Origin: Octopus sinensis
Taxonomy: Eukaryota
Assembly (NCBI RefSeq): GCF_006345805.1
Contig: NC_043024.1
Span: 14,074,001-14,138,000 of the forward strand
Direction: 5' to 3'
DNA: 64,000 nucleotides
Shown: positions 51,980 to 64,000 of the stretch, one piece after another
Numbering within the stretch: position 1 is the first letter of the stretch
How the letters are laid out: each line of letters begins with the position of its first letter
Translations under genes and position numbers: made by a program
Notes under the pieces: model-generated
What the model saw: only the letters and a program-made list of their open reading frames with translations
The model's database searches: none
Told to the model about the DNA's origin: nothing

Positions 51980-52475
51980 AGGCGGCGAACTGGCAGAAAT
52001 GTTAGCGCGCCGGGCGAAATGCTTAGCGGTATTTCGTCTGCGTTACGTTGTGAGTTCAAATTCCGCCGACGGTCGACTTTGCCTTTCATCCTTGCGGGGG
52101 TCGATAATTTAAGTACCAGTTACGCACTGGGGTCGATGTAATCGACTTAATACCTATGTCTGTCCTTGTTTGTCCTTCTGTGTTAGCCCCTTGTGGGTAA
52201 TAAAGAAATAGGTATTGTCTGCCGTTACGTTCTGAGTTCAAATTCCGCCAAAGGTCGACTTTGCCTTTCATCAGTGTGAAACTGGTACTTAATTTATCGA
52301 CCTTGAAAGGATGAAAGGCATAGTCGACCCCGGCGGAATTTGAACTCAGAACGTAACGGCAGACGAAATACCGCTAAGCATTTCGCACGGCGCGCTAACG
52401 TTTCTGCCAGCACGCCGCCTTTGTAATCGACCTAATCCCTTTGTCTGTCCTTGTTTTTCCCCCTCTATGTTTAGC
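51980..52475. mobile_element. SINE family A cluster with internal inversion
   Basis: Plus full copy 51980-52210, plus truncated copy to about 52272, minus copy about 52275-52420, plus tail fragment 52421-52475. Confidence 0.85.
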
Positions 52476-52619
52476 AGTAAACATAGATGGCAGTAAAGAA
52501 ATATATATTCTATCGAGACACATGTACACAATTATAATTATATAAACAAACATGAATATATAATACATGCCTGCATGTTTGTGTGTTAGTGTGTTTGTGT
52601 GTGTATGACGTAGATTAGG

Positions 52620-53710
52620 CTGTGGTGAAGGCATCGCTTCTCTGAGAATGAAACTCTGATATAAAGCCAGGTCCTAATAGTAACAGACTCCTTAATTGGA
52701 TGCACTATCAAAGCCATGACTGTTCGATGAGGGCAAGTGAAACGACGCCCCTATTAGGACCGCCAGTATAAGAAAGTAAAACTCTAGGACGACCAGTATA
52801 GGAGAATAAAACTCTGAATTCAAATTGACTTACCACTGCTGGTTTGCAGTGTCCTTTTGAGGAAAAGCCTAAGAGAAGGTACTCCGATATAAAACCTGCA
52901 GTTGACTTAATACATGTCATCTTACTTTGTTTGTCACTGGAATCTACTATTTTGACCCATAAAGTGGTAAAAGAGTTGTACACTTTGCACACTGAAATAC
53001 AATGAAGTACATATGTCACCGCAAAAACGCCATCATTGTACGATCATCACTTTTCGAAAGTCTCATGGCCATAGAAGTGTGGCAATGTATGCCGACTTGA
53101 CCGGTTGGAAGCATGCAGGTATAAAACTAAAACATAGAACAACCACGAAGCATAAAGAAACGTATAATGAAATTCCGGATCCCTCTTTCTTGTGGACGTT
53201 TTGTAAATGTTTTCTCTATTTGTGCATACTTTCACCTAGTGTGGAAAATATCCATGCATTTTATGAGGAGCTTAGAAGAAGTATTCTGTCAGTCCCTTTG
53301 AATGAGAAGTTGGTTGTGATTGGTGACTTTAATGTACGTACTGTTAGAGACTATGGTGTATGGAATGTACTTGGGCGTTACGGAATAGGAAAGGTGAACA
53401 ACAATGGGTTGTATCAGCTACAAATGTGCTCTGAGCTAGGGTTGATTGCTTGGAATACTTTCTATTATCATAACATGAGACATAAAATTACCTGGATTCA
53501 TCCAAGATCAAAGCAATGTCACTGGTTATCCTAGATTTTTATTCTCCTTTATTGGTTGTCCTAGAGTTTTATTAACTCGGAAAGCTGGCCTACAAGATTT
53601 ATGCAGTCTCAGAGTATTGCGAGGTTCTGATTGTGATACTGATCACAAAATGGTTAGGGCAAAGTTCAAGTTAAGGGTCGACAAGGAGATTCTTTGTGCA
53701 GGTATACGAA
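52620..53710 (+). mobile_element. RTE-clade LINE 5' part (5' UTR plus degraded AP endonuclease)
   Basis: MKFRIPLSCGRFV..., KLVVIGDFNVR...WNVLGRYGIGKVNNNG...NTFY...KITWIHPRSK...LRGSDCDTDHKMVRAKF are APE motifs (GDFN, TW.HPRSK, SDH). Confidence 0.85.
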
Positions 53711-53793
53711 TACAAAACTGAATTGGCTTTGCTTTTGTATGCTTTCAAGTAATGCAACAGGATAATCGGTATTAGATTTCGGATATACGTATC

Positions 53794-53827
<34 letters not shown>

Positions 53828-53849
53828 ATATAGATATATATATATATAT

Positions 53850-54292
53850 AATGTATTATTCATATATGCATATTCATTAGCATAGATATACTTATATACA
53901 TACATAGCTATTTATACGTATACATACATATATACTACACTTATGTGTACGTATGCATAAGTGGTAAAGCATATGTGTCTATGTGGGTATATATCACATA
54001 TGTGCCTGTGTGTATATGTGTAAAACCATTATACATATGTATATATATATATATATATATAATATATATATATATATATAATATATATATAATGTATATA
54101 TTCATATATATGCATATTCATTAGCATAGATATACTTATATACATACATAGCTATTTATACGTATACATACATATATACTACACTTATGTGTACGTATGC
54201 ATAAGTGGTAAAGCATATGTGTCTATGTGGGTATATATTACACATATGTGCCTGTGTGTATATGTGTAAAACCATATATACATATGTATATA
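53850..54292. repeat. Near-identical tandem duplication (about 240-bp period)
   Basis: 53850-54045 vs 54090-54292; they differ mainly by small indels in TA-rich spots. Confidence 0.9.
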
Positions 54293-54383
54293 TTATATAA
54301 TTAATTAATATAATATTAATATATTTATACTATAAAATTGGATTAATCCTAATCTGTTAAGTTTGGATTTATTCCCTAATATT

Positions 54384-54423
<40 letters not shown>

Positions 54424-56064
54424 CTATATATATATTATATATATATAATATATTAGCAATCCTGTGTTAGACAAAGATAAGCATTATTGTCCAGCCAGTG
54501 GTTCTGAGACATTAGTTCTTGTTACATTTTTCTCCATTCAAAGACGAACTCCACTCTTGATGATAATAGTATTTTAACAGTGTTGGAACATTTGAACGTT
54601 CCGCGAGTGGTAAGATCCAATTAAATTCGGCCGTTTTCGCTACAAATGATTCAATACGATTCGATGGAAGGAGTAAAAGCTAAGAAACACTAAATGCGAC
54701 ACCTCGCTAAAGTATATCGAGAAAGTATATGTGTTTGACGAAACTAAGTGATATTCAGTCGGGGAAACCATTTTCATTTTCTGTGACGGTTTAATCAACA
54801 AATAGCGTCCCTGAATTCTATTTTTCCTTCAGATGATAACAAGTGCTTTGAAATTCCTTTAGGCTATGTGTTCATAATCCCCACACAGTAATTGCCTAAA
54901 TAGCATTGTAGTTATACCTTGGGCAAACCTTTTAAAACTTGAATTATTGAACAGAATTTTTTCAATGCATCGCATTATATCGCTGACATACAGAGGACAC
55001 GCATTTTTGTTTTCATCTCGTATTTTTCCTTTTTTTCTTTTGTTGATAGTTTTTCCCATTTTCTTTCTATAGCGACAGAGTGGAATGCAATTCCTATGTT
55101 ATCTGCCAAAGCTCCCAGCGTTTGCAAATTACTTAATGCCAGTTTTCGAAATACCAACAAATTCTCTTAGAAATCAACACGGGGATTACGCATGGCTTCA
55201 GCATTTTGTTCGTTATAATGCCATACTGGAGAGAAAAAAAGAGAAGAAAACGGAAGAAAGAAAAACATTTAATGTAATCCGGACCGGATACGTGTAGCTT
55301 ATTCTTCTTTACTTTTTCGTTTCTCCAAAATACCTTTTAACGAAGTGGATGTCCCCGGTGACATTTCTTTTCTTTTTTTTTATCAAAAGTTCTTTCAAAA
55401 GAGAAATACGAATTAATTTTATCCTATGAATAACAATCAGAAAAGAAGCAAATTCTTGAAAGCAAACAGAGTTTACTCTTGAACAGGTCACCTCAAAGAA
55501 TCCCCATCCACACGATAGCGCCTACTGTTAGAAGTAGTTGTGAAACTAACCTCAAATCATATTTAAATGAAGTCTACATTGGTTATGTGACCCTGAAATC
55601 GGGAAGTGAATAACCGACCTAGAAGATTACAAATTACATAATTGCTCTAATTCACATGTTAGAGGAGGGTAAGCAACAGAATTTACATCGGTCTGATCGA
55701 GAACGCATTCAAAAGTAGCGGGTTCTGCAGACACACATGTTAGACACATAAAGTCGCGAAATAATACCGCACTGTCCTAATGTATATGGTGCCTGAAAGA
55801 TATAATAATTAAAATCACAAACGTATTTCGGTTGATTAGGGAAACTGTAGCTCCGTATCCAAACGGTCAAAAGTAAGCGTATACAGCATTCTTAAACAGC
55901 GATCGATATATTGAAAGGAATATTCGAACTCCTATATAAGTGCAGAGCAGAAACTTGCCAGTATTTGAAGCTTTTGCGAATTCAAATAAATTGTTGCAGA
56001 AAATCTAAATGCAGGCGTGATTTATAATACTACAAGTACGAATATACACAAGTATGAATATATA

Positions 56065-56292
56065 CTTCTTTATTGCCTACAAGGGGCTAAACATAGAGGA
56101 GACAAACAAGGACAGACAAAGAGATTAGGTTGATTGCATCGACCCCAGTGCGTAACTGGTACTCTATTTATCGACCCCGAAAAGATGAAAGGCAAAGTCG
56201 ACCTCGCCGGAATTTGAACTCAGAACGTAACGTCAAACGATATACGACTACGCATTTCGCCCGACGCGCTAACGTTTCTGCCAGCTCGCCGC
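56065..56292 (-). mobile_element. SINE family A, full length
   Basis: Colinear with 17709-17938. Confidence 0.9.
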
Positions 56293-56489
56293 AATCACAA
56301 GTACAAATATATTTATTCAAACAATGAGAAGCTTCAAGAATGGCAATAGAAACAGGGAGGGGAGAGAGAGAGATGAGAATGCTGCTAAACACACACAGGT
56401 TTCTACTTCAGGATCAACCACGGAATATTCGCGCTGTGATAAAAAAAATCTATAATGCTTACTATTATCGTACGTAAAATAGTAAAATG

Positions 56490-56800
56490 GGGAGGCGCAA
56501 TGGCCCCGTCGTTAGGGCAGCGGACTGGCGATCGGAGGGTCGCGGCTTCGATTCCGAGACCGGGCGTTGTGTATGTTTATTGAGCAAAAACACCTAAAAG
56601 CTCCACGAGGTTCCAGCAGCGGGTGGTAGTGACCCTTGCTGTACTCTTCCGCCACAACTTTCTCTCACTATCTCTTCCTGTTTCTCGAGTAACGCAGCAA
56701 AGAACTGGCGTCCCGTCCAGCTGGTGGGGGGCAGAACACATACGCAACACCAACCAGGAAACCGTGCCTATGAGCTTGGCTGGGCTTGAAAACGGCTACG
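56490..56800 (+). mobile_element. SINE (head C, tail U) with 13-bp TSD
   Basis: TSD AAATAGTAAAATG at 56477-56489 and 56801-56813. Confidence 0.85.
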
Positions 56801-57966
56801 AAATAGTAAAATGCTTACTATATCACGTCAATATACTACTCTGGTTATAGACACAATAAATAACTTGTTCAGTTATACGCATGCAATTGATCAATATATA
56901 TATATATATATATATATTTAGCATAAACATTCTGTAAAACCTGGTTGTTCGATCTAACTAACTTTAATTCTATCAGCAACCTGAAAGTCACATTGTCACT
57001 ACCGAGGGACCTCGTTTTGAAACAGTGAACATCTATGTGTGTATTTCTGTTTATTATTATGTGCGTTTCTGTGAGTGTTCCTGTGTGTGTCTATGTTAGT
57101 AGCTATACATAATTTACAAAATACATAAATTACAAAATATTGTAAACTGTGTCAATCCGAAAGCTCTTTCCTCGCATAAAAATCGGAAAAATTAACCATA
57201 ACCGTTATTTACTCATCACATTCAAAAATTTTATGAAATGCAGATAATTCAGGAATGTTTTCTAATACATAAGAACCATCCAGGACCATATGATTAATCT
57301 AATCCACGTCAGCATCATTATTATATAAATACCTAGTGATATCTGGATACATACACAGACCTATACTTAGAAACAGTTTGGTAAGCTTTATAAAACTGAT
57401 GCATTTAAATACCTACTCGAAAGGAAATACGACTGACGCCGCTCCAATTATAGGTTATGCGCCAGTAAATAGTTTTACGCAAGTACGACAGAGGTTCTTA
57501 AATCTATTTCGTTATTGCTAAAAGTAATCCTTTTGGGATTCACATGTAATTTTAAGTCATGGAACAGGAAGTAAACTACAAATACTATATTTCGGTAAGA
57601 ATGGAATTAGTTGCCATAATGTAACTATATGATACTAAACGCATTTGGTAATCTTATTTATTCATCGTAACCTTTTGAAGTTACTGAATCACAACTGTTA
57701 GAGAGTAGAGCGTTTTCGGCGACAAACAGACAGAGTCTTTGAAATTGGAATAATATAACTTTCTCTACAAGTAACTATATCGATACTTTCAAATAAATAC
57801 TTGATGAAGCAATTTTCTGAGTGAAGTTTGGGAAATGTCGGTTTTTACATGATTTTCAACTCAATGATCAACCAAAATTTGTTATAAATTCACTCAGCGT
57901 CTTCTTCTTCCTCCTCCATCACCACCACACAAACTAAAGACCTCAAAGCATACCTGTGTATAAGTG

Positions 57967-58321
57967 GAAGCACTCCGTCGGTTACGACAATGAGGGTTCC
58001 GGTTGATCTGAATCAACGGAACAGCCTGCTCGTGAAATTAATGTGTAAGTGGCTGAGCACTCCACAGACACGTGTACCCTCAACGTAGAGTGACAAGGAC
58101 GGCCCCTTGAAATACAGGTACAACAGAAACAGGAAGTAAGAGTGAGAGAAAGTTGTGGTGAAAGAGTACAGCAGGGATCACCACCATCCCCTGCCAGAGC
58201 CTCGTGGAGCTTTAGGTGTTTTCGCTCAATAAACACTCACAACGCCGGGTCTGGGAATCGAAACCGCGATCCCATGACCGCGAGTCCGCTGCCCTAACCA
58301 CTGGGCTATTGCGCCTCCACA
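57967..58321 (-). mobile_element. SINE (head C, tail T) with 15-bp TSD
   Basis: TSD ACCTGTGTATAAGTG at 57952-57966 and 58322-58336. Confidence 0.9.
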
Positions 58322-59194
58322 ACCTGTGTATAAGTGTTATTCTTGTAAACGTCTCTGCAGATAATGAATTCATTATTATATCCGGCTACTTTCTAACTCA
58401 TTCTCTTTCTTTCTTTTTTGCATTTACCCTACGCTCTTTAAATTTGTGGTAAATTGATAAAACTAATTTGAAGCGAAAGGAAAACAAAGAATCATCTTCG
58501 GTAATTCCAGCAATGCAAAATGTTGAAGGGGAAACATAGTCCACAGTAAATGAATCTCTGATGCCTGAAACCGTTTAATTCATACAATGATACATCCATA
58601 TTCACAGAAACATATGGAAAATGTCTGTGAATTAAAGAGAAAGATCTGCCAAGATCTGTTCAAAAAATCTCTACAAAATAAAAAAAATAATACATTAATT
58701 ATAAATCGCAGGAAAAAGTTATTTTATTTATAATAGCATGACACGCTTACTTTTTATAATAAGAAAACAAAATGTATAACAGGCAAATAAGTGATGGATT
58801 CCAGATTAGAATATTTATCGAATTACAGAAGATTATATATATATCAAGCTCAAGAACACAGAAAACTTGATCAGTAATGAAGAAACAAATGAGCTAGAAG
58901 ATTAATTCGCAAACATGTTTTAGATAATATTAATGATTTAATTAGGAACGCCACTTACTGCCATGAATAGAAGCGTTACAATAACGTAATCAGTTGCTTT
59001 GAAAACATTCATAATAAATAAAAAAAGCTGTACAAATCTTCACTAAACCCGCGATTGTGAGACGTTACCCTTCCATCTTCGAAATGTTCCTTATCAGCAC
59101 TTTACATTTTTTAAGGAATACAGCTCCATTAATAACAATGATGTAGAAATACTTGTGTATGTACCAAACAATTTACGCTTAATGAAGGGTAATA

Positions 59195-59380
59195 TAGTTA
59201 GGGAGTTTACGAAAAAACAAAAAACGAAGACAGGTGGTGTACAAAACCAACAGATGTATTAGTATAACGCTCAGGAATAGAAAAAGTATTTTACGTTTCG
59301 AGCCTACGCTCTTCTACAGAAAGGGAGAAAAAAAAAATAAGGAGAGAAAAAAATGTGTGTAGTGGCTAACGATCTATAAC
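59195..59380 (-). mobile_element. Short PLE-terminal-repeat-like element with a hammerhead-like core (59287-59323)
   Basis: Minus strand CUUU-CUGUAGA-A-GAGC GUAG GCUC-GAAA-CG-UA-AAAU. Confidence 0.6.
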
Positions 59381-60877
59381 CAAATTATTAGGGGTCAGCA
59401 TGATATCCTTGTGTAGCACAGAGATATGTGGTTCGCTCCCTCATTACGTGGCTGGAATGGCTACGAAGGAGCTCATACCTATAGATATAGACAAATATAT
59501 ACACAGCAGTTTTAACCGTAAACTATGCTTAGTTATAAAGACTCGATAAATCCTTTTAATAATATTGGCATTAAAATTACATAATTCACGAAACGACTGT
59601 CTTTAAATACTTCGTCGTTAAATATTATGAAACATACAAAGTGGCAAGACATACTGGAAAGTAAACGAAAAGCTCATATATATTGATATCAGCCACACCC
59701 GAATGAGTATAGATTTCTAATCCTAAGTATAAATTGGCAGAAGAAACGATACACAAGCGTAAAGTAATGCTTAATATGGTAGAACCTTCTGAACCACCGG
59801 CAAAAAGACATAAAGAAAAGTCTATTACGCCCCTAATTCTGTTCATCATGTCGTATTTCAGCAGTGAAACTACATGTTTCAACATGTTGGGAGTTAATGT
59901 GTTTGTGTTCAGCATTAAATTGAATACTCTACAGACTTCTTTAATTCCTTTACATGTTGAAGAAAATCTTGAAGATGTTATATTCATACTAGACATACGC
60001 AGTGAGTATATTTTGGAGGAAATCTTATACTTAGTGTATCGGTTTCTGAAGCCCAACCGCTAAACAGCAAGGTTGTTAACAAGCTGTCAGAGGTTGTTAA
60101 TCAATAAGTGGAAAAAAACAGATATGCAGATATATACATATGCACGAAGGGCTTCTATACGTTTTTCTATCTGAAAGTTTCATTCAAAGGGCACTGATCG
60201 TTCCGGCGCTATAGTAGAAAAAAATGGTTGCAAAAAGAATTAATTTACCGCGCAGATATTCCTGCGCCAAGTTGATAAATAATCTGTCGATAGAGATACG
60301 ATCTGGATTATTTCAAATACAAACAGGTTTATGTGAGCTATAATTGTACAATAAAGGTGAAGAGTATGATTATAAGAGATCCTAGGAATATCTAACAACA
60401 ATAAATCGCCCTTCTATAAACAAAGAAACAAGCCCTTAGAATCAGTCTTTCAACGACGAGGAAATTATTTTCAAGATTGCGGTTATTTTCAGGAAACAAA
60501 CCATACATACCGTCAATAAACATTCTTCCAAGTCCATAGAAGACAAACTGAAATCACCTTGCATCTGTCAGTAGAATTAGAGAAAAGATATGTCACGAAA
60601 CTGGCAATATATTTGGTAATTGGAAATACACGAATTAGATTTGATTTGTGCTTGAAATTTATTGGGTAATGCAAAGCATTCGTAATTGGGATGACAATTT
60701 GAAGCGAATGAAATTGGGAGAATAAGAAATGTCACGAAAAAGGAAAAAAAATGTCTAAGCGACAGATCAGACATTTCTAGAAATTCATACTAAAAGTATA
60801 TGAAAAAGTTCACTAGCAACATATAGAAGTGAGTTCCTTTCGTATTGGGTCACTTAGCTACACACACACACAAATAG

Positions 60878-61001
60878 AATTTAAAGGAGCGACCACTAAA
60901 AGTGGAGGGTCAACATGCTAGATATAGACGTCAAAATCGCGATTTTGCCGTCTATATCTAGCATGTTGACCCTCCACTTTTAGTGGTCAGTCCTTTAAAT
61001 T
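60878..61001. repeat. 124-bp zero-spacer palindrome
   Basis: Centre CAAAATCG|CGATTTTG at 60939/60940; 62-bp arms with three mismatched positions. Confidence 0.95.
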
Positions 61002-61109
61002 TTGTATGTAGAAATATTTTAATCTTCGGATTTTTTTAATATGCTAGGCCACTGGTTTTAATTGATTAATATCAACTTCTACCCACACACACAAATATAT
61101 AGATTTCCA

Positions 61110-61320
61110 AATTTAGCAAAAGGCCAGCAATTCCATAGGGATGGAGACTGGATATGTCGAATATGTCGATTGGTTCAGCTGGTACTTTTTTGTATCGACC
61201 TCGTAAGGATAAAAGGTAAAGTCCACCTCGGTGAAATTCGAACTCAGAACGTAGAGATCAACGGAATGCTGCCGAGCATTTTTCCGGGCAGAGCAACGAT
61301 TCTGCCTGCTCAGCGCCTGA
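61110..61320 (-). mobile_element. Old SINE A-related copy
   Basis: CTGGTAC...TATCGACC...GGATAAAAGGTAAAGTCCACCTCGGTGAAATTCGAACTCAGAACG. Confidence 0.6.
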
Positions 61321-61359
61321 TCATATACAGGCACAGACAGACTTACTCACGCACACACA

Positions 61360-61395
<36 letters not shown>

Positions 61396-61959
61396 TGGAT
61401 GTGTGTGAGAAAGAGAAAGCGAGAGAAAGAGGGTGAGTGAGAGATACTGAAAGACAAAGCAATAAATACAAATTAATATCCATGTACAGGTGCGTACGTA
61501 TGTATATAAATGTGGAATAGACAGATATATACACACACTCACAGACAAACAAACACACACACACACATACATGTATATATATACATACATATATATATAT
61601 ATATCTATATATGAATAACCGTATGTATGTATATATGTATATATATATATATATATATATTATATATGTATATATGTGTGTATTGAAATGTATTTATTTA
61701 GTATTATGATAACTGTCTGATGAACGGTCACGTGAAGCTCTGAGTAAGAGTTTGTGAAGATTTTTTCAACTTTAATAAAATAGTGTGTGTATCTAGATAT
61801 ATATATATATATATATGGTGTGTTTGTGTGTGTGTGTATAAACGCGTGCACACACATACTAAATATATGCGTAAGCACGCGATTGAGGGTGCATATTATT
61901 CATATATATATATATATATCATATATGCATAATATCTATATACACACACACACATCTAC

Positions 61960-62026
<67 letters not shown>

Positions 62027-62231
62027 CTATCGCGCGCTCACATTTTTGCGTTCTTTTATCTCAATGTCTTATTCTACGTCTATCAACGCTCGGATACATT
62101 GCTTGACGAGCGTGCGTGCACATACACACACGCACAACAAATACACACACAGACACACACACGTACGCAACAAATTTAGTAAATCGAAAAGCAAAAAATT
62201 ATTAGTGAGAATCTAACAAAATTCCAAACTA

Positions 62232-62234
<3 letters not shown>

Positions 62235-62278
<44 letters not shown>

Positions 62279-62298
62279 GCAACAGCAACAACAACCAT
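62235..62298. repeat. (CAA)n microsatellite
   Basis: Directly visible. Confidence 0.95.
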
Positions 62299-63046
62299 AA
62301 AACGACTTGATGCTGCGTTATCAATTGAAGTCTAATGACAATACTATCTATGTTAAGTCAGCTTTATCTCTATAACGTGGTAATTAGACAGGTGCCAGTA
62401 ATTAGACTTCTCCTTTTCAATCATAATTACGTATAGCAAGTGGCTTGCTCGTATTTTTTCTGTTGTTGTTGTTGTTGTTGTGGTGGTGGTTGTTGTTATT
62501 GTTGTTGTTGCTTGATTCTCGTTTGGTATCAGTCGGAAGGAGAATCTAAGAGCGGCCATTAATCAACAACATCTCAAGGAATTCAACTATTAGATTTTTG
62601 ATATTATTGTCACTTGATCATTCCTTACAGTAGTAATTAGCAATGTACGATTGTCAAAGAATTAATTACTTGTTGAATTATAATCCTTGTAATTAGAAAA
62701 TCATTCCCGAGAAGAAAAGAAGTAACAGTAGGACAGTGTGGAGAAGCAGGCGCGGCAGAGCGATTTAGTCTTCGCTTTGCAACCACGACGAATCCTGGAT
62801 CGATCCCTCACTGCAGCATATTAAGACGCAGTTTTTAACATATCCACGGATCGACCGTTATTTTGTGATGTCAAAGAATTTACCTGGATGTTCATCATTA
62901 AATGAGCTTCTGAAGAGGACTTCAGCTGGTACTCCAGGTGAAAATGGGCAATGATTTACCAGCATTACCGACTAGACCTAGTGTCCAAATGATGGTGGTA
63001 AGTCGAGCTTCATCTCACAGATTCTCCTCTTCCACAGCTAGGCATT

Positions 63047-63396
63047 GGGTTGGTTGGGACCCCCTTCCGCTACAACACTGACCATGGGATTGCACATAGA
63101 AAGTTACCCTCCTAGTCTAAAGTCTGGGCAAGGTGGTTTATGGAAGACCAGCAGTCGGCCATGCATACCAGCCTCCCCTCTCCACGCCACCAGTGTTATC
63201 CAAGGGAAAGGCAAAAGGGGCCGATACAGCTCAGCACCAGTGATGTCACAATTCATTTCTACAGCTGAGTGAACTGGAGCAACGTGAAATAAAGTGTCCT
63301 GCTCAAGAACACAGCACGCAGCCCGGACTGGGATTCGAGATCACAACTACACGATCGTAAGCTCGACGCTCTAACCACTAAGCCATGTGCCTTCAC
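63047..63396 (-). mobile_element. SINE (head D, tail V) with 9-bp TSD
   Basis: Head GTGAAGGCACATGGCTTAGTGGTTAGAGCG...GTTCTTGAGCAGGACACTTTATTTCACGTTGCTCCAG; TSD CTAGGCATT at 63038-63046 and 63397-63405. Confidence 0.85.
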
Positions 63397-64000
63397 CTAG
63401 GCATTAATATGTAACTAAATCAGCGAATATGCCTAGCAGATATATTATCTCATCTAGGTCATCCCATAGGACGCCCCTTATTCATAGAGATTTCGGTTGC
63501 TCATACGATCGGAGTCACAGGGCGCTGCTCCATGTGGTGCCGCAGTTTGCATCTAACTAGGAATATTAGGGTCCCACCTATTGTCTTCCAAGTAGGGATG
63601 GAAATGTTTAGACAATTTTGCTGAAAACGACCCGGATGAATAAGAGAGTGATGAGACCGCGAAAAGTTCGGGTTGCAGGGGAAAGAGGTTGGTCACGTAG
63701 TGAATTTAAGGAAGGGAAGTATATAAGAAATAGGGAGTGGGGCAAAAGTAAAGGATATGCATCTCATAGGTGATAGGGTAGGTAGTAGAAGAATAGAAAA
63801 GGAAGTAGAAAGACTGAGATTGTCAGAAAGGGATTTAGGGATACAATGTATTAAGGAGAGAAAAGTAGGTAGTAAAGAAAAAAGTGTGCAAGAGAGGGAA
63901 AAAAATACAGAGAGGATTAAGTGAGAAAGGAAGTCGGAAAAAAAGTTGGGGTTATTATGAAAAGCTCAATAGATAAATAGAGGGGTTGTCGAATAGAATA

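Noticed and set aside
55930-55970. TATA box (CTATATAAG) with an Inr-like CAGT about 27 nt downstream
   Set aside because: Such words are frequent in AT-rich DNA and the first downstream ATG closes after three codons.
56490-56570. tRNA-like sequences at SINE heads
   Set aside because: A and B boxes are present but there is no complete cloverleaf or acceptor stem; each continues into a SINE body, often with a TSD.
57413-57496. 84-nt phase-1 minus exon candidate EPLSYLRKTIYWRITYNWSGVSRISFRV
   Set aside because: The acceptor lacks a polypyrimidine tract and no homology was recognised; chance level.
63640-64000. Strongly purine-biased tract (also 8580-8860)
   Set aside because: Low-complexity GA-rich decay with no periodicity, ORF or mirror symmetry that I could support.

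Overview
AT-rich eukaryotic, repeat-dominated DNA with no prokaryotic features, no rRNA, no bona fide tRNA gene and no CRISPR array. The mix of tRNA-derived SINEs and dense (TA)n/(TG)n/(TAGA)n/(AAT)n/(CAT)n tracts strongly suggests a cephalopod (Octopus-like) intron or intergenic region; this is inferred from repeat style, not a database match. Nearly all long ORFs in the supplied track are microsatellite read-through. Recognisable content: more than 25 SINE copies from at least five head/tail combinations, five with exact 9-15 bp target-site duplications; eight to nine fragments of R4/Dong-clade non-LTR retrotransposons stacked in (AAT)n islands; two RTE LINE fragments; an internally deleted DD41D Tc1/mariner with intact TIRs; a non-autonomous Helitron; candidate MITEs; and several Penelope-like element (PLE) remnants. 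The most unusual signal is a set of fold-back palindromes (4061-4215, 7981-8185, 9410-9493, 14240-14426, 60878-61001) plus four short repeats carrying minimal type I hammerhead-ribozyme-like cores with non-canonical core bases, which suggests a family of PLE-derived, retrozyme-like elements. The best host-gene candidate is the 163-aa ORF/exon at 29971-30462. There are two 100-N assembly gaps. All protein-family calls are motif recognition by eye and need HMM/BLAST confirmation.
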